IMG/VR virus record: IMGVR_UViG_3300021255_000140
Location: 39,513 to 103,512 of that record
DNA: 64,000 nucleotides
Reading direction: 5' to 3' (one strand)
DNA from: a virus
Taxonomy: Duplodnaviria; Caudoviricetes
Part shown: positions 57,701-64,000 of the stretch, piece after piece
Layout of the letters: every line of letters starts with the position of its first letter
Numbering within the stretch: the stretch's first letter is position 1
Made by a program: the position numbers and the translations under genes
Notes under the pieces: model-generated
What the model saw: the letters and a program-made list of their open reading frames with translations, nothing else
Database searches by the model: none
What the model was told of the DNA's origin: nothing

Positions 57701-59390
57701 TAAGATAACCGATTGTGTTTGGATTTCCATTGTTCGCTTGGTATAGAATTTCTTTGATAAGTTCAGCTCTTTCCTTAAGTTCCTTCAAATTGCTCATCTG
57801 GTCGCCACGCAATCTACCCATGCCCATCACAGGATGCCCCTCACCAAAGTCAATGCTCTTCTTTGCGAGTTCAATCAGCCGCCTGATATGGTCTTGTTCC
57901 TTGATAAGGGTTTGTATATTTCGTAGCCCTGTCTTATCGAGTCTTTCAATGAAATTTTCACCAGTACCGCCGGAAGAAGCCATCCCTTTTAGTCGCTCAA
58001 TTGCGTTGCCGACTTTAACGATGCCTTGCTCTTGCTGTTTCAGTTCTTCTGCGGGATTACTCTTCTTCGTACCACTCCCGTTTTTTATGGAGTCCATCAT
58101 TCGGATAGATGCGCTGACCTCCTTGATTGCCGCTCCCCATCCGGTCAGAAGTTCTTTCAGGTTGTTGTCCTCGCCAATGGTCACTTTGAATTTTCTGAAA
58201 GCCTCGTCCAGTTTATTCACATTCTCGGCACACACCTCTATGCGTTTTGAGAAAGCTGTGAAGTTGTCATTTTGAATTGCTTTTTTAACAGCCGACAAAT
58301 CCTCAACAAACTTCTCGAAACTCCCCTTTATCGCACTCTGGGCTAACTTCTGCAACTGCTCACTCGTCGTCTGTGCGGCATCACCCGTCTGCTTGACGCT
58401 CTGTACTTGCTGTTGAGAGGATTGCGCCTGTTTTTCTATAGATACAGAACCTTGAGAGCGAAGGTCATTGAGTTTCTGCTGGGCAGTGGAGAGTTGTTGC
58501 GTTGCTAATTCCTCCTGCTTTCTGACCGATGCTATTTCAGACTCTCTTGTTGCGATGTCCTGTGCTTTTCTTTGTTCGCTCCTTAAAAGTTCCTCATACA
58601 TACGCTGCGCATATTCCCTGCGTATCTCCCAGTCCCTTTGATTATTGTACCCAAAGTCGTCTTTCTCCTTATCTTGACGGCGTTGCATGTTGATGTGCCA
58701 TAAGCCCATTTTATCGTCAAAGGAAAATTGGAATTTTCTTTGGACTTCGACAGATTCTTGTATAGTTCTGAGATATTTAACAGCTTCTTCTCTCGCTATG
58801 CCATACGCCTTTGCCAATGCAAGGATAGGTTCTTCGGCGGGAACACTCATAAATTCCTTCCGTTGTATTGGAATGGCAACTTTCCCCAATATCTTGTATA
58901 GGGTGTTTGCCATCTCCAGAATATCGTGCATGTCATGCTTCGCATCGCCCAAATGCAATGAAGACCCCATTGCTTTTTTATCGCCAGACAACCTATCTAA
59001 TATAGACTTCCAATACTCGGAATCATAGGGATTAAGACCAACGCCACCTTTCACGAAATCAAGTGTCTTTTGCATCTTTGCACGTTGTTCCGCAAGTTGT
59101 GATATTCGTTGTGTTAATCGTTCAACCTCCTGTTCCTGAGCCTTTATAGCATCCGTATGCGTCTGCGTTGCCTCAGTAGCCTTACCCATGTCGGCGGCTA
59201 CTTTCTCACCAATCTTCGGTGCTGTCTGTTGACCGAGCATCTGCAAAAGCCTCTGCAAATCGTCAACGCCCTCAACCTTAACGTTGATGGTCTTGTCTTT
59301 GAGTTTTTCAAACTCTTGCTCTATCTTGTTTAACTGACCAGTCGCATCGTCTTGTATTGCGACTTGGAACTTTAATGGGTCGAGTGCCAT
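51777..59390 (-). CDS. tape measure protein
   Basis: 2537 aa helical; AIKSPF...KQLSAYG...TKRLADIAAG...RLALALG tape-measure domain. Confidence 0.92.
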   Translation of the reverse strand: MALDPLKFQVAIQDDATGQLNKIEQEFEKLKDKTINVKVEGVDDLQRLLQMLGQQTAPKIGEKVAADMGKATEATQTHTDAIKAQEQEVERLTQRISQLAEQRAKMQKTLDFVKGGVGLNPYDSEYWKSILDRLSGDKKAMGSSLHLGDAKHDMHDILEMANTLYKILGKVAIPIQRKEFMSVPAEEPILALAKAYGIAREEAVKYLRTIQESVEVQRKFQFSFDDKMGLWHINMQRRQDKEKDDFGYNNQRDWEIRREYAQRMYEELLRSEQRKAQDIATRESEIASVRKQEELATQQLSTAQQKLNDLRSQGSVSIEKQAQSSQQQVQSVKQTGDAAQTTSEQLQKLAQSAIKGSFEKFVEDLSAVKKAIQNDNFTAFSKRIEVCAENVNKLDEAFRKFKVTIGEDNNLKELLTGWGAAIKEVSASIRMMDSIKNGSGTKKSNPAEELKQQEQGIVKVGNAIERLKGMASSGGTGENFIERLDKTGLRNIQTLIKEQDHIRRLIELAKKSIDFGEGHPVMGMGRLRGDQMSNLKELKERAELIKEILYQANNGNPNTIGYLNKLGSLKLEAYKMDNMGNSVTLLGGHYDALKHSVTETASAMRQLNNEMRLDFNKVANKEKLAAEAEAVKKLASSYKSMQQESKTMRSQSESALASRIKMLREQSADLQKLLSVGKIGLGESQYNSVRDALREIRRELQQIETITQRGGNSTGLLRSLSVGRDYSGVIASGRAVADMRNKQAQETNLASRAVSQLTMEEQRLAQALNQATNSARGQSQVLGDLKSLATQYLGVWGAQQFVRNIIEIGGQLEKQRLSLGAILGDTAQANELFDNIKNLAIKSPFGVVELDQFSKQLSAYGFKSNELFDMTKRLADIAAGAGTEVSRLALALGHVRSEGALSGYTLRQFAMNNIPMLQKLSERLTQIEGKIVSTAEIRKRVSKKQIGYEDVVAVIKDLTDEGGMFYNMQETISESVQARFKNLKDSMDIMYGEMAKGGIGDILKLIASGLTSLTREWKVVLPIIASATAYFGIQKLAMAGVNAQITTYGVSVKALRGATYKLTAEEVKNLAVTKQLNRQQLLIAVATRRLTVEQAELAGATMGLTKAQLQQIAMSGRIDKAMIGNAISTSKYTVAQLRAMAGAKVSGFGALNGVLTRMKLGWMGATAGAKAFRASLKAMTASIGWLLAIESVITLISSQYQKLQAERERKSEMKNKAVEGYRNMSQNAVNFKVGISADLSESELKTQIDAMTQELKEYSPQVGNVLKDAFKVDNGASVNSLAEQYEILAKEIDATKKAYAELEEISDEFENSNNKTGGRWYQFGLNDSMRKNIKDYAEEVQNLKNTESEFLKNRSKIDIALKQTRDIFGDYRDAVQKNIETYSKSNGKEGFAETDIAAQIKLLDQYQKAYASFEAKMGGSAFASPWTNYKRAIIEYDSAYKRFTDDADTYTKDLVKKLEGRYGKSVSQFNEYQKRAVQIGIQTFLKGIEGFTDLAKEERRKIENELLKHFGIKIDVEVEEAYNQLSKFQQYLENLTSKTWKVEIKQVTSISDVTEAAKKDRKQNEQTFKDTRGILKKGNVSEKKLQALAAALYREGRTTLNTEGANDAESFIYMPFAQGTLPKQQGKTAGQRAADDFIDSLNNENTKKAARDYIEAYASELNNKTLEKEGYDLSDNKKSGRSNNEDREAKRLREIAKLYKDAYDWYKKYANQVGEGSALEKVKKQFQPLFDEFNKEWKTNLSLDSIPNYKGNLGGLLDEGMSLYKTKTHRNNFMVDAIKLIRDAINDVDFTEAQRKMDEFASDTKEQLDEITRKWEIFNSLLTTTGDASLAERLTGIAPGATVADLKRAKISGYAGVPIDFNSILGMGDKDIDKYVTELGVSEDKIKAIQNDLKDWKKAQEDLTKSDIQNYAKWLGGLVDITSIQSRNQREYNAALEETNRLLAAGKITQEEADRRKNAAQAQMETKNWQATSMYSNLYNRSQQMAAAEFRTAYQNELDSLNSQLSTGAITMEQYTEKVANLNKIATEFDQSGFLGIKGGVGAFLSGGQQGLIDYHRDKASLLRIKGDEKGAKKEEERAAALEKMQKKAEQVATVFDRLSKVSNMLGDMFNALGMEGAANAFSDAGAVMGGAVSGAQSLSFAGPLGMAAGAAIGGITSIAQVHDKSLERQINKLREEVTKIENNTALIVQARQRTLGFDNGDVRRSFAQQYADYSNKFSRTIDIMRGKSVTVEFDDAAKKAMYEYYGRNDEGSGYIQEYKNLQKEHESYMKILDKQMSKKKQSNSDIEATKKKIAELDDQIRYFTLDLAKELFDIDVKGWADQLSDALASAFENGENMAKSYRDTVTGILQQVGNKMLKMKILQPMFESLEDKISGLLDPNDVEGSMPKLIEAIGEFFGTGGEGEKAIGASTQFMTAYQEMLKKYGLDVKSETAKTLSSSVQGTSEETSDLLAGYINAARQDIAANRIMLAQYITQFWPEYIEQFRYSVTSLGNIDNNTRIVMEMMRDGRGAMYNEIAALRSRFDNVVNGIESLSMK

Positions 59391-59393
59391 AAC

Positions 59394-59705
59394 TTATTTT
59401 TTTTGTGTTTGTGTTGTGTTGTTGTCGATAGGAACTTTCTCACCTGTGCGCAGGAATTGGTCAAGTTTGAATCCTCGTTTTTCTCTTTCTGCCTTGCGCT
59501 TCTTCCATCGTTCTACTGCCGCTTCAAGTTTCTTCGGGTCAGGCTTATAGCCTTTGTCCCCAGGTTTCAAACCTTCGTTTTCATCGTGTTTCTTATAGAC
59601 AGTTATCGGCTGGTCTGTGTCAATCAGTTGTATTTGCGCTATGGTATGTCCCCAGTAGTACTCATACATCTGCACACGGAAAATACCGAAGAAATATCTC
59701 GGCAT
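59394..59705 (-). CDS. tail assembly chaperone, second (T-like) part
   Basis: Between the TAC and the TMP; in the -1 frame of the upstream gene. Confidence 0.65.
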   Translation of the reverse strand: MPRYFFGIFRVQMYEYYWGHTIAQIQLIDTDQPITVYKKHDENEGLKPGDKGYKPDPKKLEAAVERWKKRKAEREKRGFKLDQFLRTGEKVPIDNNTTQTQKK

Positions 59706-60250
59706 TACGAGCCACTGACGCTGTTTTCTGTCAGAGAAAGCTGATCCGTATTTAGTTCTTGAAGGGTAGCTTCTACTTCCGTCACTCTCATCCTCATCAG
59801 CGAATCCTTTGCCTCTGTCAAGAACATGATACTCTGTAAGAACTGCAACTGCGGAACTTTTTTTTTACCAGTTTCAAGTATCGGAGCCAATTGGATATTG
59901 TCATACTGCTTTACATAGTAGAACCATCGCCACAAAAACCAATAACGGAATTTCAGTTTCCAATATCCATCAAGGATGATAATCGCTGCGGCTTTACTGC
60001 ATAGCTTTACATCCGACAATATTTCACTAAATATATCCGTTTCGGATTCATCCTTTTTGTCTACGCTTTTTTTATGCAGAAGCAGACGTGTCAGTTTCTC
60101 CAACTGACCATTTTTCAGCCAGCGGATTTTGTATTTCTTCTTTGTGCGGAGTATTGAGACTTCTTCGGCATCATTGTTAATCATCGAGAGATATAGCTCC
60201 TGTGTCTCAGTTCCAGGCTGTTTCAGCGGTTGTTCTTTTGCTTTTGGCAT
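59705..60250 (-). CDS. tail assembly chaperone (G-like)
   Basis: Between the MTP and the TMP; A9G slippery run at GKKKV. Confidence 0.7.
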   Translation of the reverse strand: MPKAKEQPLKQPGTETQELYLSMINNDAEEVSILRTKKKYKIRWLKNGQLEKLTRLLLHKKSVDKKDESETDIFSEILSDVKLCSKAAAIIILDGYWKLKFRYWFLWRWFYYVKQYDNIQLAPILETGKKKVPQLQFLQSIMFLTEAKDSLMRMRVTEVEATLQELNTDQLSLTENSVSGS

Positions 60251-60334
60251 CTTTTGCTTTTTTGTGAATTAAAAAGGGCAATGGCAGCATTACACCACCA
60301 CTGCCCATCTATGAACTATATGAAGAAATAGAAA

Positions 60335-60922
60335 CTACTCTCCTGCGGGTTCGAGTACACCGAACGCATCTTTGTCAGCGCCAGCGGCGATAGCACCTGT
60401 CAGGACGACACAAAGAGGCTTGTTGCTACCATCAAAGATAGCCTGAGCCATGAATTTTGCCTTCTTGATGAATAGAACTTTGTCTTCTGTGTCGTTGAGA
60501 ATCAATAGACCGAAATAAACTGCCTTCTGTGCCGAAGCGTAGAGCTTGCCCGCAATCTTAGCCTTACCGCCGATGGTAAAACCTGTCGGCAGTGTGATTG
60601 TGGACTGCACGCCTTCATCGCCGAAACATGCCTCCATGATGCCAGTTTCATTACACGGAATCTCCAAAGTGAGTTCTCCGTCTCCTGGGGTAAAGGTGTT
60701 TACCCAGTCTGTATTCAAGCCTTTTACCTTGAAATGCTCAATACTCGGAGCACCTGTGTCAAAGTTAAAGCCGGAGTCGTCGGAAACAGGAAACTCCAAC
60801 ATATTTGCTTCTGTAATAGTCGCAGCGCCCTCGACAGTGGTTATGCCGCCCTTTACTGCAAACACTGATGATATACCCTCGAATACATCACCTTGTAAAT
60901 CGATTTTACGTTTAAGTGCCAT
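60335..60922 (-). CDS. major tail tube protein
   Basis: 195 aa beta-rich; position before the chaperones and TMP. Confidence 0.75.
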   Translation of the reverse strand: MALKRKIDLQGDVFEGISSVFAVKGGITTVEGAATITEANMLEFPVSDDSGFNFDTGAPSIEHFKVKGLNTDWVNTFTPGDGELTLEIPCNETGIMEACFGDEGVQSTITLPTGFTIGGKAKIAGKLYASAQKAVYFGLLILNDTEDKVLFIKKAKFMAQAIFDGSNKPLCVVLTGAIAAGADKDAFGVLEPAGE

Positions 60923-60926
60923 ATTT

Positions 60927-61340
60927 TTATTGTTTAATATTGAATTTTGTTCTTAATTTGAATGTTATCTGTGTGACCTGATAGCCGTACCCGTCTTCTC
61001 CCTGCATAAGGAATCTCGGCTCTGTTGCCGTGATATGCTCGCCGTTAATCGGAAATAAATCCAATACAAGATCCACAAGACTTCCCTGTGCGTTTACATT
61101 CAACGTACTGTCCGTCTTTGCCTTGCAGTATACTGAAAATGTTCCGTAACTGTTCGCCATTACAGAAATCTTCCCCTTTACTCTTCCCCTGATTTCCGTT
61201 GGTATATTAATTACCACGAAATTGGCCAAGTCCGACTGACCGTTTTTCGGTCTGTCGAGGAAAGTTTTGACACCGATTCCTTTTACCGCTTTTACGAGGT
61301 CTTCGTAAATAAGGTAGAGTAGAGATTTGCTTCCTGCCAT
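60927..61340 (-). CDS. tail terminator / completion protein
   Basis: Synteny and size. Confidence 0.6.
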   Translation of the reverse strand: MAGSKSLLYLIYEDLVKAVKGIGVKTFLDRPKNGQSDLANFVVINIPTEIRGRVKGKISVMANSYGTFSVYCKAKTDSTLNVNAQGSLVDLVLDLFPINGEHITATEPRFLMQGEDGYGYQVTQITFKLRTKFNIKQ

Positions 61341-61344
61341 AGTA

Positions 61345-61887
61345 TTAAGTTCTTGGAAGTTTCAGAAAATTCACGGCTACCTCCTGTGCATGCGCATAGG
61401 TTCTTAGCACACCTGTCGTACTCCTTAGATTTTCAACAAATTCCGCATATTCTGTTGGGTATGCGACGATAATGTCGAAAACGTTCCTTCCATTCGGACT
61501 ATACGATTGAAAGAATTGTCTCGCATCCTCTTCTCCCCATCCTTGATTGGTTTTTACCTGCGGGGAATATGTGGATTCAGACAAATCGTAGTCGGAACGG
61601 AAACGGTATTTGCGAGGAGCAGTCATTTTGACCTGTATGGCCTTTGTGACCTTATCGGCGGCATAACACGCATATACAGGGGATTTGAATTTATACAAAC
61701 AAACGACAATGGAGTTAAGTAGGTTTCCCGTAAAGTTGTGCTTGCCAGGAGCCGATTGACGGGCAGATATAGCCTCGTCGCAAAGATTCATACACAATGC
61801 ACGGCATCTGCCTTCAACCTCTCTAAATATCTTTTCACGATATTCAGAGATACCTTTCTCTACTATTTGTTTGTTAGTTGCGGACAT
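61345..61887 (-). CDS. HK97 gp10-like tail completion protein
   Basis: NFTGNLLNSI, EYAEFVE. Confidence 0.7.
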   Translation of the reverse strand: MSATNKQIVEKGISEYREKIFREVEGRCRALCMNLCDEAISARQSAPGKHNFTGNLLNSIVVCLYKFKSPVYACYAADKVTKAIQVKMTAPRKYRFRSDYDLSESTYSPQVKTNQGWGEEDARQFFQSYSPNGRNVFDIIVAYPTEYAEFVENLRSTTGVLRTYAHAQEVAVNFLKLPRT

Positions 61888-62293
61888 ATTTCCAGATGAT
61901 AGTCGTTCCTAAGTTGCCAGGGTATTTGTCAATGACAGTTCCGTATTCCTTGTAACCGAATCTTTGAAGTTCAATCCTGTCACCCTCGAGCGGTATCGTT
62001 TCCTCCGTCCACTCATCTTGTTTCATCGGTATCTGTAATTTTCTGTATGATGCTATTACATCTCCGTTATCTGCGACGGTTTCACGATTGTCACTTCTGC
62101 ATTTTCCCTCATATACTACAGTAACCTCGCCAGACTGTTCAGATGCAGAGGGTTCTCCTCCTTCATTGTTGCCTTCCGTTTCGTCAGACATCGGGTCGTA
62201 GTCCTCAACGTTAGCCTGGTCGTCCATCGGCTCGGTTTCAGCATAACGGATGATTCGGCAAGTGTGCGGGAATTGAGGGTTGGTTATTTCCAT
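61874..62293 (-). CDS. head closure / head-tail adaptor
   Basis: NPQFPHTCRI, YEGKCR, GNLGT; synteny. Confidence 0.65.
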   Translation of the reverse strand: MEITNPQFPHTCRIIRYAETEPMDDQANVEDYDPMSDETEGNNEGGEPSASEQSGEVTVVYEGKCRSDNRETVADNGDVIASYRKLQIPMKQDEWTEETIPLEGDRIELQRFGYKEYGTVIDKYPGNLGTTIIWKYVRN

Positions 62294-62709
62294 TATCGGT
62301 ATCTTCTAATTTTATGGAATCCGTTCCCCTTCATGCCCCATTTCGGCGCGAGGGTTTTTATTCTTTCATCAACAATGTCCCATTTTTTGAGTAAGTCGCG
62401 GGCGAGAATCAAGAATTGCATCAGCTGAGACGGAGCCCATTGCTCGCTTCCCTCCGAATGTTCCCAATCTCCGTTTTTCTCAGAAACACGTTGTGACGTG
62501 ACTGGGTTGAATGCCATTCGTATAAGGAGATATGCGAGCGACAGGTCTTTCTGTTTCTCTGTAAGGTCATCTGCAGGAGTCCCAGCTTCAATGCCAGCAT
62601 CAATAAGGACACCTTTTATGGTGCTCTTACTGACGTTGGCATTCGGGGAGATACTTTTTATGTAATCCTCGACAGTTACAATCTGAGATGTCTCGTTGTT
62701 GTCCATCAA
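62293..62709 (-). CDS. head-tail connector protein
   Basis: Directly after the MCP; helical. Confidence 0.6.
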   Translation of the reverse strand: MMDNNETSQIVTVEDYIKSISPNANVSKSTIKGVLIDAGIEAGTPADDLTEKQKDLSLAYLLIRMAFNPVTSQRVSEKNGDWEHSEGSEQWAPSQLMQFLILARDLLKKWDIVDERIKTLAPKWGMKGNGFHKIRRYR

Positions 62710-62721
62710 GCCTTATTTGTG

Positions 62722-63849
62722 TTAGTCTCCTATTACGGTGACAATACCATGTTCACGCAGGTTGTTGAATACGGGACCGGCGAACAACTCGCAGTCTACG
62801 GTGTTCAGCAAGTTCGGACGCTCCTGCCATGTATTCAGCACAACAATGCGATCTTCAACAAGAGAATACAAATCGCTTTGTGTCTGTCCCGGCATACCCA
62901 TCCTATCCTGAAGAATGCTACGCATGCACTTCATCTCAAACGGGCGATAAGCAGTTGTGGAAGCAACAAGGACTTTCTCGTCAAAAGCAGGTGCATCTAC
63001 AACCGGCTTGCCATCCTCTTCGTGACGGGACTTATAGTCGATAACCTCGATTGGCCAGATGCCCATGTCGTCGTGCATCCAACGCAACATGTCGCTACGT
63101 ACTGCAGGCACATAGTCAAGATGAGTATAGTTCTTTCCTGACAGGTACGCCTTAATCGTGTTAGGATGTGACATTAGCTTGGAGAATAATGCCTTTGACA
63201 TCTTCCAGTGGTCGAGACCATAGCTCAGTTCGTCGGTGTAGTACTCCTGGAACTTGATGAGGTCGTCAATAGGTTTCGCATTCTCGTTTGCCGTAGTACC
63301 GTTATACCACTTCTCTGTCGGAGCAACAAAGTTGTTCTCCGGGATTGGGAACTTGAAGTCATAACGAACGCCATCTACGGGGACGTCATGTATTTCACCA
63401 GTACTCATAGCCTGCAAAGTCATGTAGTTCAACTCTGTATGAATACCGCCGAGCATATTGCCTGAGTTTTGTACGAAAGAGTCAATCAACGCCTCCCCGA
63501 ATGTGAGGTCGCTAAGTTTCGCAAACTTGCGGATTTCAATCATGTCATCCTGATTGATAGAGAATCCGTGACCGATTTTCGGCAATGTGCCGCCATAAGC
63601 GCCCCAACCCTGAGTGTTGCGCAAGGGTTTCGGAGAATTTGTTCCGAGCACTGATGCACGGACAAGTATAGGAGTCTCTTTCTGACCCTGTTTCCATTCA
63701 CGATCATCTGTAGGAGTTCCCCAAGATGCATATTTTTTCCAAATGGCTGTGTTGTATTTCTCGTTTGTCTTGTTCAGCAAGAGACCGAAGTTCTCTGAAT
63801 CAAGATATTGAGCAAGTGAGCCTATGCTGTATAAAGATCTGTCTCTCAT
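62722..63849 (-). CDS. major capsid protein (HK97 fold)
   Basis: 375 aa; LPKIGH, MTLQAMSTG, PIDDL; synteny with connector genes. Confidence 0.85.
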   Translation of the reverse strand: MRDRSLYSIGSLAQYLDSENFGLLLNKTNEKYNTAIWKKYASWGTPTDDREWKQGQKETPILVRASVLGTNSPKPLRNTQGWGAYGGTLPKIGHGFSINQDDMIEIRKFAKLSDLTFGEALIDSFVQNSGNMLGGIHTELNYMTLQAMSTGEIHDVPVDGVRYDFKFPIPENNFVAPTEKWYNGTTANENAKPIDDLIKFQEYYTDELSYGLDHWKMSKALFSKLMSHPNTIKAYLSGKNYTHLDYVPAVRSDMLRWMHDDMGIWPIEVIDYKSRHEEDGKPVVDAPAFDEKVLVASTTAYRPFEMKCMRSILQDRMGMPGQTQSDLYSLVEDRIVVLNTWQERPNLLNTVDCELFAGPVFNNLREHGIVTVIGD

Positions 63850-63863
63850 ATCTTATCCTCCTC

Positions 63864-64000
63864 TTACTTTTTGTTGCTGAAACGGAAGAAACACCCGGCA
63901 TCAGCCAGTGCTTTCTTTATGATTGCTGGTATCGGCACAATTCTGCGCTCTATGATAGGAGATGTGGCACCGAAAATAGCGTCGCCGTCAAGTGCATAAG
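63864..64000 (-). CDS. partial gene upstream of the MCP (probable head decoration protein)
   Basis: Open frame ...ERRIVPIPAIIKKALADAGCFFRFSNKK* running off the window. Confidence 0.45.
   Translation of the reverse strand, partial: YALDGDAIFGATSPIIERRIVPIPAIIKKALADAGCFFRFSNKK

Noticed and set aside
51760-59744. Many plus-strand ORFs opposite the TMP and other structural genes
   Set aside because: Antisense shadows of long coding genes with no independent signals.

Overview
This window is most of a temperate, long-tailed (siphovirus-type) phage genome. The TAnnTTTG promoters and gene content point to a Bacteroidales host (probably Prevotellaceae-like). Left arm (minus strand): small accessory genes, a DnaC-like loader and initiator, DNA methyltransferases, SSB/SNF2/RecE/RecT/RuvC-like genes, antirepressor and Xis. 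Centre: CI repressor, a probable intact attP, tyrosine integrase, an iteron array and a plus-strand accessory operon. Right arm (minus strand): lysis, tail, tape measure, head-tail connectors and major capsid. A diversity-generating retroelement (target/VR, TR, RT with a fused C-terminal domain) sits in the tail-fibre region. The most unusual feature is at 11128-14986. A C5-cytosine methyltransferase is split into an N-terminal catalytic gene and a C-terminal gene, and 16 micro-ORFs (about 45-75 aa) fill the gap where the target-recognition domain (TRD) belongs. Each micro-ORF resembles one TRD. Thirteen of the 17 junctions are exact 14-nt stop/start overlaps (nATGAAAC-like), and three cassettes are broken by single-base indels in homopolymer runs. 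Most of these cassettes are missing from the ORF track and were translated by hand.
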